Source: Octopus bimaculoides
Lineage: Eukaryota
Reading direction: 5' to 3'
NCBI RefSeq assembly: GCF_001194135.2
Contig: NC_068994.1
Coordinates: 59,961,857 to 60,025,856, forward strand
DNA length: 64,000 nucleotides
In this document: positions 11,560-25,194 of the stretch, one piece after another
How positions within the stretch are numbered: the stretch's first letter is position 1
Layout: each line of letters starts with the position of its first letter
Made by a program: the position numbers and the translations under genes
Notes under the pieces: generated by a model
Told to the model about the DNA's origin: nothing
Seen by the model: the letters and a program-made list of their open reading frames with translations, nothing else
Databases searched by the model: none

Positions 11560-12470
11560 GACCTGTGTATCATTAGTCATCCCTGTCTTTTGTCATCTCT
11601 TCTTATGATGCTCAGGGATTTGTGGTCAGCCTTCACCACTTCATCTCACAGGCTCTAGCCACACTTAGTGGTCAGCATTCCTTTACACAAATTTCTTCAT
11701 CCACACCACATCTAATTCCTCTCAACACCTTTGTTGTAACTGATTGTTCATTCACACATTGCACACCCAACAGAGCAGGCTTGCATCACTCCTTTCCAGT
11801 TCTTCTCATGTCCTATGGCATTCAAGGCCCACGTCTCACTACCATGCAGCATTTGCAGCTCAAACACACACTTCATACAATCTGCCCTTTACTCAGATGA
11901 AAAAAAACCCCAACAACTTTTGTTGCTAGCTGCATTAGTAGCTCCCCTGAACTTTCTTCAACCTATTCTTACTCCAGCTCCTTATAATGTCAAAGCAACC
12001 AGCTCCCTTGCCTGCTAATTACTTCTGCATGGTAACAAAACTGATCAACTACTTCTCGTGAGTCATCCAGGCATTCACATATGAAACATACTTCTTGTGT
12101 GATTCCACAGCTCACGCTGGGTACAGCACATAAAGTCTCCCATTATTCCTTCTTCCTATCGAGCTTCACTGTTTCTCCTGAAGATACCAGGGTCCTGTCT
12201 TCTTTTCTACTTACTAAAACTTCTGTCTTTGCTAAGTTTACCTTAACATCTTTCAATTCAAGGTTTAGCTTCCATGCCAGTAATTTTCTCTTTATTTCCT
12301 CTGAATTTGCTCCAGACACATTTCTGTTCTGTAGCCTTAAGCAGGTTATCTTTGTAGAAATTCCCAGTCGTTTTCTATGCTACAGCTGCCTAAATCTTCT
12401 TCCCCACAGTCATATGCATCAGAATTTCTCTAAATTTCTTCCCAGTTGTGGGATCTTTTAGTTTCTATCT
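11560..12470 (-). mobile_element. Decayed RTE-clade LINE, 3' fragment (RT C-terminal region)
   Basis: Minus-strand fragments FYKDNLLKATE (compare LYADDLAL), AWKLNLELKDVKVNLAKTEVL, MLHGSETWAL and EEMTKDRD; many stops and frameshifts. Confidence 0.85.
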
Positions 12471-12705
12471 CTTCCTTCCCTATGTTGCCACTCACTCTAA
12501 TTCGGAAGTCACCAACCACTAATCTGTGTTGTGCAATACATTCTTTACCAAGAAAGGTCCTGACATATATACATAAACACAGATATACATAAATAGAGAC
12601 GTATATATACATAACACACATTTATATACACATGCACAAACACCCAGACACACACATATATACATATACAAACAAACTGAAGAAAAAAATACAGGGAGGC
12701 ATCAA

Positions 12706-12738
<33 letters not shown>

Positions 12739-13705
12739 GGGCAGCAAAGTGGCAGAACATTTGGGGTCCCAGGGGAAATGGCTTGCAGTATTTGTAACAA
12801 TGTTAGAATTCTGTTGAGGCAAACCTTGCCCAGAAGGGTGGAGTGGCTGACTTTGGCTTAGAAATATTTGTTGAGTCTTTTTGAATTCTGAGATCAAATC
12901 TCAGCAGAGTCTATGGATGCCTTGTTTAACACCACCACCTGGTCCTTGGGTATCTTAAGTAGAGCCCAGGATTGACCTTTGTCTAAGCAACCCCCGCTGA
13001 AATATCCTCTACTATTCATTACAGGAAGTAATCAGCTCTGTTTTACAGCTAGGCATGTTCAATATTTGCTTAGAGAGAACGTACCCATCACTCCACTACT
13101 AAACTCAGTTGTGAAAAGAGATGGCAAAATTCACAAATATCAGAAAAGTCACAACATCTTTGCTTTTGTGGTGCTACATATTTCAGTTGCCAAAACTGAG
13201 GAGAGGGGGTTAAGCCAAGAATATTTATACATTCTAAGCTCACCTTGCTAATGCTTAGTTTTAATATGATGTCCAGTTGTGGTTCGAAACTTAAGTATTT
13301 TGTTAATTCCAAGAGGAGAGATAAAGTCCGTTTGGAAGGGAATCCAGCTGAAAACAAATTGCCTTACTGTCTTCACCTCCCACTTGGAGAGAGAGAAGGA
13401 GAGAGAGAGTCCTTTGCTTGGAAAAATTGAAGTTGTGTTGAGAGAAAATAAGTAAAAGGAAATAAGAAAATTAAATATGAAGAGAGAAGAAGATGGAGAA
13501 AAATGGATGGCTGTGAGGTTAGATTAAATGGGGCTTTGATTGAGTAGATTATATGATTAGTCACTGACACTTCTCAGAAGCAAACATACTTGGTGCAAAG
13601 TTTGTTGGGTATCAGTGGGAAACAGTTCTGAATCCTAAGCTAGTTAAGCTTGGTGTCACAAAGTGCTCGCAAGAATATATTCAAAGAAGAAAGTGTTAGT
13701 CTTAC

Positions 13706-13762
13706 CATACTTGCGGTCTGATTTCGACCGCTCCAAGTTGCGCCTCTGCAGCTCTTGGATCA
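13706..13762 (-). CDS. hts: Adducin tail exon (VIQELQRRNLERSKSDRKY), 57 nt, phase 1/1
   Basis: Acceptor tctttcgttgttctgtttgtgtag, donor gtaaga; GC-rich island in an AT-rich intron; frame-preserving. Confidence 0.85.
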
Positions 13763-15477
13763 CTACACAAACAGAACAACGAAAGACATGCAAACGGCAG
13801 CAACAGCTTTGAAAGTAATAAAGAAGAAGAAAAAACAGAGAAACATGCAGAAGGAGGAGGAGGAGGAAGAATAAAAAAAGCTTATGAAAACAAAACTGGT
13901 GCAGAGGGGAACAAAGAGGAGTGGGTGGAGGACATAAAAACCATTCTTTTGATTTCTTCCACAGGTTTGGGAATGGAAGGGGTTCGGTTCAGCTTAAACA
14001 GTTGTCTTTTTGTGTCAGAAAAAATGTAAGGTAGAATATCTGATTACGGTCAGGTCTGCTGTTAAACAACAACTAACATTGAAAAAAAGCGCACAACAAC
14101 ACTACTGTAGGTGCTATGTTGAATGTATTTGTGCTGCAAATAACAGTTGGGTCTAGAAGCTTTGATGACCATTATCTTGCGTAAGGACCTCACAGCATTC
14201 CCTTTACATCAGTCTGTTTTAGACCATCTGATTGGGCAATTGTCTGAATATTTCATGAATACAGCAAGCATCAAGCTTTAAATATTTCCAGCAGAGGGGA
14301 CTGGGTACAGCGAAACAGAGAACATTGTTTTTACACAGATATGTGCAAAGCCATGAGGAATCCGTTTCAAACAAACCCATATTTACCTATGAACTGGTCC
14401 TCATTTGGTATAATTAATCCACCAGTCACTACAGAGTATTAATTTCATAAAGACAAAAGATGAGGGGACCTGTTTCTCTCAATCACTAACATCTTTGGCA
14501 ACAGTCACAAAAGACGTTCTTTATCTGATTAATAAAACCAAGTCCTTACAACAATTTTCTTATTCTTTCATCCACTGGCCCCTGCCCTGGTCACATTATC
14601 TCTCAGCTTTGGCTGTTATTTCTTCAATGTCTGCTTGTCTTTAAGCCCCATATAAACAGAACCAATCAAAATATGGTTTGTTCATTCCACACTTTTGGAC
14701 ACGAAAAGAAGAAAACAGAGAGCAAAAGCTGACCATTGGTTTCCAGGGAAGTGTAAAGCAGAGAAGGGGAATGAACTGTGGGGCTCGGTTGGTGATTATT
14801 GAAAAAAAAAACCAAGGTGAAGGGGGGNNNNNNNNNNATTATTGAAAAAAAAAACCAAGGTGAAGGGGGGGGGGGGGTCAAACTCCATATAAATTAACCC
14901 TTCATTTCGACAGTTTGTCATACAGTTCAGTTCCCCTTCTATGTTAAGTGGAAGGGAGACCATCTCAGAATACCACATCATCAGTTTATTTATTACTGCA
15001 AGCAATAACCAGATTTCTTAAAAGTGTGCAGCACATAAAAGCTTAGGCAAACAACAAGAGTGATAAAGAGCAAAAGGGGAGAAATACAGAAAGATGAATG
15101 TGTGACACACACACACACATCTGTAGAAAGAAGGGGAAGAGAGAGGAGAGAGAGAGAGTGCGTGACTGAAAGTGACTTACTTTCTGATGTGTGTGGCTGC
15201 CTCTCAGATTCAGCTCGCTGGACACTTACAGTTGGAAGTGAAGCTGGCAAACATGCAGATAAATGGTGTAGGACACATGCACAGAGATTCAACAAATAGG
15301 AAGATTTGTGTTTATCAAAAGTAGGCCAACTTTTTGAAAGTAACTTTTTTTCATAAACCCCCAACAACATTAAAATGAAAAAAATAACCCAAAGCCAAGC
15401 CATTTTCTTTTATAACATGAGATGGGTTTTGATGGTAAGTGGACAAAAAGTGTGTGTCTGTGTATACACATACATAG

Positions 15478-15509
<32 letters not shown>

Positions 15510-16059
15510 CATCATTGTCGTCATCATTTAGCATCTGTTTTCCATGCTGGCATGGGTTAAACAGTTTGGCTGGAAATGGTAGGTAGATAGTTGGATTGAT
15601 CAATCAACAGGTAGATAGATAAATAGACTATGGATTTACAATATAGAACGGTAATGAACTATAATAATCTCAGACCGTGCCATGAGCATATGCTTATAAA
15701 GTATTTTATTCCGATTGGTATTCCCTCGTTAATAACTTTAGAGAGATAAAATTGTGTGTGTATATCATAAACATCATCAAGATGTGTGTTATATATAGAA
15801 ATGATGATGATGGTAATATATAAACAAATATACACATAATAAATATATCTATTATATACATAAAATATATATTTTAGGCATGTATACATCTATCTTTTCT
15901 TTTATGATTCAGTAGTATTTACAACTGTTTGATGAACAACCATGTGAAACTGAGTAACAGTTTTTCAAGACTCATATATATATATATATATATTCTTATC
16001 CTCCTTCTCATCGTCATTTAATGTCTGTCTTCCCCACTGGCAATAATAATCAAACAGCT

Positions 16060-16210
16060 CAAGTTGAAGGCCTGTTCCTTGCACCAATGGCTGCTTTGGG
16101 GTGGTTTCCACAGCTGGATGCCCTTCCCAGTGCCAACCACTTTACAGGGCATACTAGGTGCTTTTAAAGTGACACCAGCAGCTGTGAAGTTACCATGTAA
16201 ATCACAAGAC
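16060..16210 (-). mobile_element. SINE-like family A copy
   Basis: cagctggatgccttcccagtgccaaccactttacagggcatactaggtgctttt. Confidence 0.7.
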
Positions 16211-19200
16211 ATTGGGGAGGAGGTGATGGAAGGGAGAGGAACAGGTTTGTTGTTGTGGAGAAACTGTGACAACCCCACATTATATAAAGGGGGGTGGCAG
16301 TAAATGAGGTGAAGTTGGAAAAAGAGATAAAAGATGGTAATGATGAGGTGTCAGAGTGTACCCTCAGGGGTACAAGGAGGTGAACAGAAGGGAAGGATGG
16401 GTGGATAAAGGTTTAAAGAACACAATGAGAATGGTGTGAAAAAGGGTTGCAGGGTAGTTGAAAAAGACACAGCTTCAACAAGGTACTGCACTGGAAGTCT
16501 GCCCAGTCCACGCATAAATTAATGATGAGATGATGATGATGGTTTCCTGTGACCTCCTCCCACCCCTACATAATTACCTCTCCCCTCAGGTCACCAACGT
16601 ACCCACCCCCACTCCTTCCCCTAATTTCACAACTTTACTCCACAGCATTCTATTTATACTTCCCCCAACAAGTCAATGGTTAGTTTTAGAACTTGTTCAT
16701 TTCAATACATGCGAGAGAGAGTTATAAAACAAGCCAGTAGGAGAAGCAAGTTCAGACACTATCAAATATCTCATTATTACCAAATAACGACTATTTAGAG
16801 AGGTATTAGATAATGACAGCTGAGTATCGTCATCAATTTATGCTTGCGTGGACTGGGCAGACTTCCAGTGCAGCGTCTTGTCACCTTGTTGAGGCTGTCC
16901 ATCTTCAGGTCAGCCGTCAGCTTGTTTTGCTGTGTCTTTTTCCCTTTCTTTCACATGAATGGTTTGGCATCTCTTTGCCAATCCTCCTTCGACTAAGTCG
17001 TAAGTTCTGTGGCTGGAAGAAAGCCCTGATCCAGGCAGCAGCAGGATGGAATATGAGGATGGCTACAAGAGCCAACAGGATAAACACCTGAATGGAGTGC
17101 TGCGTAAAGCAACAGTTATCAAATTTATCTCACCAGGTTTCCCTCTGATGACGACGATGATGATGATGAGCAGTATAAAAAATACTGAATGGTAAGTGGT
17201 ATGTTTACATCAATATAGAAAGGGAACAGGTAAGGGGGGGAAAAAATGGCTCTGGAAATGTTGTTTGGGCCAAAGTTGGACTACATTTTGATAAATAGAA
17301 ATGGTTAAGTACAAAAACTTTTAAGAAAAAGGAACACTGGAAGAGTTTAGTAAATAAAGTGTGATCACAAAACGTTTGGTGTATGACGCATGCTGCTGCT
17401 GTTGTTGTTGTTGCAGGAAATAATTTAGTACAAAATTGATGACAGGAAGGTAAAGTTCTGGCGTGGCTAAGTTACAAAACATTTACACTTAAATATTTAA
17501 ACAAATAATAATAGAAACAAACAAACAAACAAACAGGCTCATGAAACAATATAGCAGCAGAGCATTTGTTTGATTTAGAGACAAATAATTGTTTGGAAGA
17601 GCTGAGAAGAAATAAGGAATATAAAAGGATCATATCGAGTCATCTCCCTCTCATCCTTCACTTCAAATTAGTGGTATTATTATTATTATTATTATTATTA
17701 TTGAAGGTGACAAGATGACAGAATAGTTGGCATACTGGGCAAAAATGCTTAGTGGCATTTCCATCTGTTCAAATTCTGCTGAAGTCGACTTTGCCTTTCA
17801 AGCTTTTAGGATTGATAAAATAAAGCCCCTGGTGGGGGTCAATGTAACTGACTTGCTTCTTGCCTTGTGCCAAAATAAGACAGAATTTCTAATCTGGTGT
17901 TCACTCCAATTAAAACAAACCATAAATACTAGAAGAACGAAAGCAAAATCCATTGCTACTTCAAATTCTGACCGTTCCAGCTCCTATATTTTCTTTTGGG
18001 GAAACTTTGGCACAAAAAGATGCCAAATGAAGCAAATCTAAGTTGGAGTTTTATGCAGTTCTTATAAATATATTTTCCCCATTTTTAACAGAGAGAGAGA
18101 GATGATAGTATATCAAATTATTATCCTGTATTTACTTATCATTAATCAGTGCCAACAATTAATCATCCACTTTGGAAGTGAACTGAATAAAGGTCAGATG
18201 AATGATGGATGACTAATTCTCTCATCACTCTACAATGTGTTCTATGAGTCAATCAAACTCTCTAAGCTCAACACCAATAGATCAGCAAATTGGGGGAAAA
18301 CAATTCTAAACTTGGTGCCTGTGTTTAATAAACTGGCAAAGACAGAAAACAAAAGTTGTTCCTGAAAAACAAAAATTATCTCAAAATAAAAACAAGAGTT
18401 TACTGCAAACAACAATAGTTCTGAAACAAAAAAAAAAAAATTTAATTTAACCTGTTTTGAAGAATTCTGTCACTGTAGTTCTTCTCAACAAGTATATAAT
18501 TAAATAATTAGTAAATATTAGAGCTTGTTGAGAGGAATTCTCTTTCTGCTGGAAGAAATATTGAATGTATACGACAAAAGAATTCTTACCAGTTTTACGA
18601 TTGATTTTCTGTTATGAATAAGTGTCAACTCAACAAATAACATCTCTAAACTCTGGCTCTCAGACACTGATGAGAACTATTTCATTTTAAATAAATCCAA
18701 GTACCTCCAAGACTCAATTTAAGAGGTTTCGCCACTAAAATGTCCTTTTATTTACAGAACAATAAACATGCCTAGTCACAATTCTGCCTAATCTCATCTT
18801 TGAACTTAATTCAAATAATTCTAAATTATATCAGTTTCAAACAAGTCTAATCCTCTAAATTATTACAGTTTTTCAGGCTGGGTAGTTACTGTTGAGATAT
18901 TAGGGATACAGGACACAAAAAAGCTGAAGTCTGACAAATTCTAATTCTACATTAATTGTCTCCATAGTACAATCACAAATGAATCATTGATAACAAGCTT
19001 CTTAGCTTAAGGCCAGAATACAGCATGGTACTATAAAAGTGTCTTGTTGGAGAAGAATCTGGGTAGGTAGCTTCTCAGAAGAAATACATGGTTGTACAGT
19101 TGAAAGCATCTGTAACAAAGGGAGGGACTTCACTTCAAACCTGGTTGAGAGCATCAAGTGTTTACTGGTTTGAGTCAAACAATGAACCAACAATCATTCT

Positions 19201-21155
19201 TCTTGTTGCCTCTCCTTAAACTGTTCAATGCAGAAAGAGGTTGATTCAACATTTCTTTGAAATATTCTCCCCAGTTGTTCAATACTAATTATATCACCCT
19301 TACTAAGTTGTTTCTATCTTCTGGTGTAGAAAGCCCAGAAAGGGATTTAAAGCATTGCTTCTCGTTTTGTTTGTGTTAAGATAAGGAAAAAATGATTGCA
19401 AGTTTATAAAAAACTTTTGAATTCAGGTTTCAATAAGGAATCAGTTCCTGAAAGAGACAAACTCACATTTTTATGATGCAAATAACAAAGACAACAGAAT
19501 GTCCTGCAAAATGTAAAGAAAACAGGAAGCTCAGGTAAAATGTAAAGACCAGAACTTGTTGAAGAAGAGCAGTTGAGTGAGTCTCAGTCTAACCGATAAA
19601 ATTCTTCATCTTAAATATTCAGAGATGACAAATCTCTGAATATCACCAGAACATAGAATTTCTGGAAAAGTAGATGATTACTCGTTAAGTTTGCTGCAAC
19701 AAAGAACATGCATAATTACAACCATTAATATTGAATTGATCTTTCCAGTATTTTCAACCTTTTAACAATTAAGTTTCATAGATTTGAAAAACACATTATG
19801 AAAGAAGCAATAATGTCTGAAAAGATTAAAGCAGCAGGCAGTGAGAACATTGAGAACAAGGTAAAATCATATAAATTATCCAAGGAATACTATCAACCAA
19901 AACCCAAATTAAAAAGCTTGGTTAAATTGCAAAAACCTAAATAAATATCATTATGGCAGGTGAATACCTTAGGAAAGCCATGCCCAATATTGGTGAAGCG
20001 GTAAGTAAAAGAGGAAACCAGACGAAACCAGATTAAACAAAGAAAAACAACCCAAGAGACATGACAAAAGCAGAACCTTCATGCAAAGCTACTTGATAAT
20101 GAGAGATGAGTAAGGAAGTGGGGGGGGCAGGGTTTCTGGATCTTAATCTCCTAAAGATGATACAATTGCTAATATAAAGCTGAAGTCCTTCCACATGAAA
20201 ACACACACACTTTTAAATCAATCGGAAGGGTCCCTCTGTCCCTCAATACAGTTGTTTAGTTATAGTCCAACACATGAGGCTTTCTGAAAATGATCCCTGC
20301 CATAAACAGTCGAGTTCTTGAGAGGGTTTTATCCGACAAATCAGGAGGGACCTTCTGTGTTATCCGAGTGTCGTGAAGACTCCTTAATTAGTTTCTGAAT
20401 TTAGGAGAAACTAAATACGATTTCAGAGCCAAGATAACGAAAGCTTCAGATCAATTTATTTATTTATGTATTTTTTATTATTCATCAATTTAGAAGTGTT
20501 CGTGAATATTAGCTTCCCATAATACTTTGGTCCCCTTTTAAAATACACCTACCACTTTTGTCACAATACTGTCTTGAAAGGAACTCCTCATTTTTCCTTT
20601 CTGAAAAGTTACAATTGTTAGATACCGTTTTCATAAACTAAGATGTTACAACTAAAATTTCATCCTAGATTTACTGCAATTAGCAACATCCATCAACCAG
20701 AATATATCTTTCCACTTTGTCTCATGAAGTTGACCTTTTTTTAAAATAAATGTCATAAGAGAATCAATATTCTTAAACAGTCAACCTAAGATTCTTACAA
20801 CATAGTGAATCACTTTCATCTCCGATAGATTCCAGTGGAAAAAAGAGACAATAAAAAATCATTCATTTTCATATTTATAAATTTGGATTTTAAAGATTTT
20901 TTATTTTTTATCAAAAAGCAATTATTGATGCTTTGACATCAATAATTATAAATCTATGAAAAGAAATCAATAACTTAATGACCTCCCCCCAACTCCCTCT
21001 AATATCTGAGTGTTTTGCAAAGAATAAAAACCCTGAGTGAATATAAAACAATGGTAGCAGAGTTGTTGTGGCTTAAGTCACAAGGGTAAACGAAAATGAC
21101 ACCTAAACTGAAACGTTGAGAGGATATTCTTTGTCCATTTAGACTTGAAAATGAC

Positions 21156-21192
<37 letters not shown>

Positions 21193-21455
21193 CATGCACC
21201 ATAAGCACAGTTGATGATCGATTGGTTGAAAGCTGTACGGTCACACATGACACTAACTACCCTGGTTGAACAGGGGCCAACAGGAAGCATTACTACATGG
21301 GTAGGGAGTGGGTTCACAAGGAGGTGGGGGGGGAGGTTAGCAGTTAAAGGTTATTTGGCCGAGGGCATGAAGGAACAGTTAGTGTTTAGAGACAACTATT
21401 ACTGCCCGTGGTCCATCACCCGGCACTGAACTGCATGCTATAAACTCTAAATTAC

Positions 21456-21527
21456 CAGCGCTGACAGGGGTTACAGTCACTGTTGGTATTGAATCATGAA
21501 GCTCTTCTTTAGAACCCTTGGGATGAG
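21456..21527 (-). CDS. hts: Probable adducin cassette exon (AHPKGSKEELHDSIPTVTVTPVSA), 72 nt, phase 1/1
   Basis: Long polypyrimidine acceptor tttttatttttctccacctctcatcacag, donor gtaatt; frame-preserving; no transcript evidence available. Confidence 0.68.
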
Positions 21528-24439
21528 CTGTGATGAGAGGTGGAGAAAAATAAAAACAATGATAGTCGTCAGAGGCAGAGACGGTCATCGAAATGGTTCA
21601 AGACAAAAAAGAAAAAAAAGAACAAAAATCACACAAAACAGAAAGAAATAAAAAAAAATTCAAAAGGAAATAAAATTAATAAAAGAAACATGAAATTCAA
21701 ATAAAAAAAAAGATGAGAACAAAGTAAACCATTTTCTTAAAAACAGAAAGTTTAGTTTGATTTTATTATTTAAGAATTTTCTGACAATTTTAGTAACAAC
21801 CAGATTCCCATAACATATTTATAACATCAACCCCCCCCCCCACACACACACACACAAACTGCAATTAAAAAAATGTTCCAATTTGACAATTCTAGCAAAA
21901 AATTTGGACAAAGAAAGGATTACATGAGCAATGGCAGTTAAAACAAAAGCTTTATGTTAGATTTGTGAAATAAGAAAGTTTGCTGTTCACAAGAGTTTTA
22001 AATAAAGTGGAGGGGAAAGAGTTTTTCATTAAAGATTTCTTTCATCAAACTAAGGGGCCTGAAAAGGGGCCATGAGCAGCAGTGCCTGTCTTATAGATAT
22101 TTGTATATGTTTCGTTAACAATGTCTACAAACTGACCTCACAGAAACAGCAGGAATGGATAGTAAAAAAACATCTCAATGGAGAGAACAATATCATCATC
22201 ATCATCATCATCACTGCCAACACAACCACCACCATCATCATCATCATTAACATTACCAACACCGGAAGCATCTCTTTTCTGTTTTCAAAGAGATTTTATG
22301 ATTCATCCCCTGGCCACCATTTCTGTATTTTAATTTTTCTCTCATATTTAATACATCACTGATTTCATTATTCCTATTTTATTACAGTGTCCCCATTGGT
22401 CACTATCAATCACCATGTCCAATACTATCCTTGCTACCAGCAGTTACTTTCTGATTCTGAGTGACTTCATTAAGCATGCCACACATCAATGAAAGGGAGT
22501 TACAACAATAACACAAACTGTTCCATGGTTTTAACACTGCCCTGAGATGCGTTTATCTTGGTTCACTGGGAAGAAATGTACTTTTCTGCTCAATATAGAT
22601 TAGAAATGTACCAAGAACTACAAATTTTACATCCAGCATTAATCATTAAGAATAAAGAAGTGCATCTGTTGCAAAGGATTCTACAGAGGTTTAATAAGCT
22701 GAACCCACTCAAACACCTCTCACTGACCACATTTTCAAGCATCTTCAGAATTTCCTGCAAAACAAAGTCTTAACCTCAGAGCAGCAGTCTTGAGAAACAT
22801 TCATTGGTTCCAAGACTCCAGAATTCTACACTACCAGAGGAAACAATCTGGTTTCCTGAAGGTTCCGATGGTTATTTGGATTAAGAAAATTTTTTTGGGA
22901 AGATATAATAAATAGAAGCTGCATTTCTGCACATGATTATTGGAGGCTAAACAAACTAGAAACAGTGGCATGCAGTTGGTCCCTCTTCTACTGACCAGAG
23001 GGAGGTTGTATACCAAATAGCACAGACCTTTCCAACTGTAGCATGGATAGAGGTGGGGGGCTAAAATATTTACATATACCTCAAAGTAAAAGGGATTCAG
23101 TAAATGCAGATCAGAGTAGAAAGATTGCCGTTTGTCTTAACTCTGCCCTCGAGAGAAGAAGAAAAAGGTTACAACTGTTTCCTTTTCCCCACCTCTGATC
23201 GCAAATACATTAATGGCATAGACAAATGAGAAGAAAGTGTTTAGTTTACTAAAATAGTGATGATAATGATACAAAATATAACAACAAAGTCATTAATCCA
23301 AGAGTTAATTAGGTTAGGTTAATAAACATTAAAAAAAAATTTTTTTTGGCAGCAACCCTGTATTGAAACAACAGCAGATATTATAAACATATCATACTTG
23401 TTGCTAAGCAATGAAATAATGTAGTTAGTGGTGGCCTTTACCTGGAATGGAATAGTTTTGGTAAAACAGTTTTTAGGAAAATTAACATCGTACGAAATGC
23501 AAAAACACCAATAAACTCAATCTTTCACCCCTACACAAATTATTTAAACCAAATAGTTGCTATTTCCATGAACATCAAGATTTGCTGGAAAAAGAAAAAT
23601 TACTTGAGATAAAGATTATCTCCTTTGGATGCAAGCAAAATATTTTCTCAGCTTATTTGAAAAATTCCCTTTTAGAGAGATACAAAACTGCTCTAAACTT
23701 TGGTTTCCTCTGCCCTTTGACATCCATTTTCTTATGCTAGCATGGGTTAGAAAGAGACAGGTCTTTCCATAACATTTTACAGCTGGATGCCCTGCAATCT
23801 GTACAAAATGGTTTTAGTAGTTGTGGACATTTGCATTATCTTGTTGACTGACCAACAGATCAACCAAAGCAGTTTATGATTTATCTCTTGAAAGCTGTTA
23901 ATATTTTCAACCCACAAAAAAATATTCCCATTCAGAAGCAGTTTTCTTAAGCATCATTCAGAAAAACATATCATGAGTTCATACATTGTTTTTGAGTATA
24001 AGTGGTGAATTAATTGATAGCAAGAGGAAAAAAATAGAGTAAAAAGAATGTTTTTTTTTTTTTTTTTTTTNNNNNNNNNNTTTTTTTTTTTTTTCTTTTT
24101 ATTCCTTAATGCCAAGAGAAGAATTTCACATTAATTGAATTAAAGCAGATTTTTATGCAGTGTCCATTTCTCAAGAATTGTTCAGCCGAAATACAGCAAT
24201 TAGCTTGATTCACATTTTAAGGAAAACCTCAACCAACCATATCATTCCAGAGGATTCTTATCTTAACTGGTGTCTTCTTGCACATATACACATCTGCATC
24301 ATGCTGCATACATGTTCTTAACCCTTCTCTCTCATACCTTAACCTCATTTCCTTGCATAAAGTCGTCTCCCTTTCTACTGCAACCCAACTCAGTTGAAAG
24401 GGTTTGGTTTTGTAAAGTGCATGTTGACCCCCCCCCCCC

Positions 24440-24590
24440 TCTCATCAGTACTGGTGCCATGCAAAATTCATCCAGAACACTCCGTAAAGTGACTGATATC
24501 AAGAAGGGCATCCAGCCATAGAAATCATGCTGAAGCACACATTGGAGCGTGGGGGAGTCTGGATCTTGTTGGATCCTGTCTGTCAAACTG
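24440..24590 (+). mobile_element. SINE-like family A copy
   Basis: aagaagggcatccagccatagaaatcatgc core. Confidence 0.7.
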
Positions 24591-25163
24591 GCTAGATCCA
24601 GCCTCTCACACCTACCCTACAATGTCATTCTAAGAATAAGCAATTACACCATTAAAATGTGAATGGCTACAAGATAATGCAGGATTAATTCAAAGCATTC
24701 AACAGAGTAATCCAAATGCTAAAAGGTTAAACCAGATATTAATTCTCTGATCCCAAAGTGAAGCATTTAACATCAAGGTCAGAAAAAATGACAGAACTTC
24801 AAATTTAAGCTTAAAATATATCAAGTTGATTGCAATACTTGAAACTAATAGCAACCATATTGGACTGAGAGGCAGAAATGTTATTTCTGCAAATGCTACA
24901 CCTTAAAAAACCTTGCTAGTAACTAAATAAAAAGAATTAGCTTTTAGTTAAATTACAAACCTTTTGCATTTGTTCATACCTAACATTTCTGCCAACATCT
25001 CTTTGATGAGAGAGAGATATTATATTATTTTAAATTCCATTTTTCTATGCTTGTAAGATTCAGATGTTATTTGTTGAGGCAGATTTGCTATGGTTGGATG
25101 CCCTTCCTGTCACCAACTCTCGTTTCCAACCAAAGTAATATTCCTTCATAGATATATAGCCAT

Positions 25164-25194
<31 letters not shown>

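Noticed and set aside
12081-12461. 126-aa plus-strand ORF
   Set aside because: Antisense shadow of the decayed RTE reverse transcriptase.
14795-14877. Direct repeat on both sides of a 10-N gap
   Set aside because: Typical unmerged contig-end overlap at a poly-G run; assembly artefact.
19814-20001. Possible nested plus-strand mini-gene (MSEKIKAAGSENIENK with GT donor, then a second exon ending at gtaagt)
   Set aside because: The intervening intron lacks a polypyrimidine tract, the peptide is unrecognisable, and readthrough gives only 45 aa.
20280-20345. Hammerhead ribozyme or C/D snoRNA within the structured island
   Set aside because: No CUGAUGA/GAAA core and no properly placed C and D boxes on either strand.
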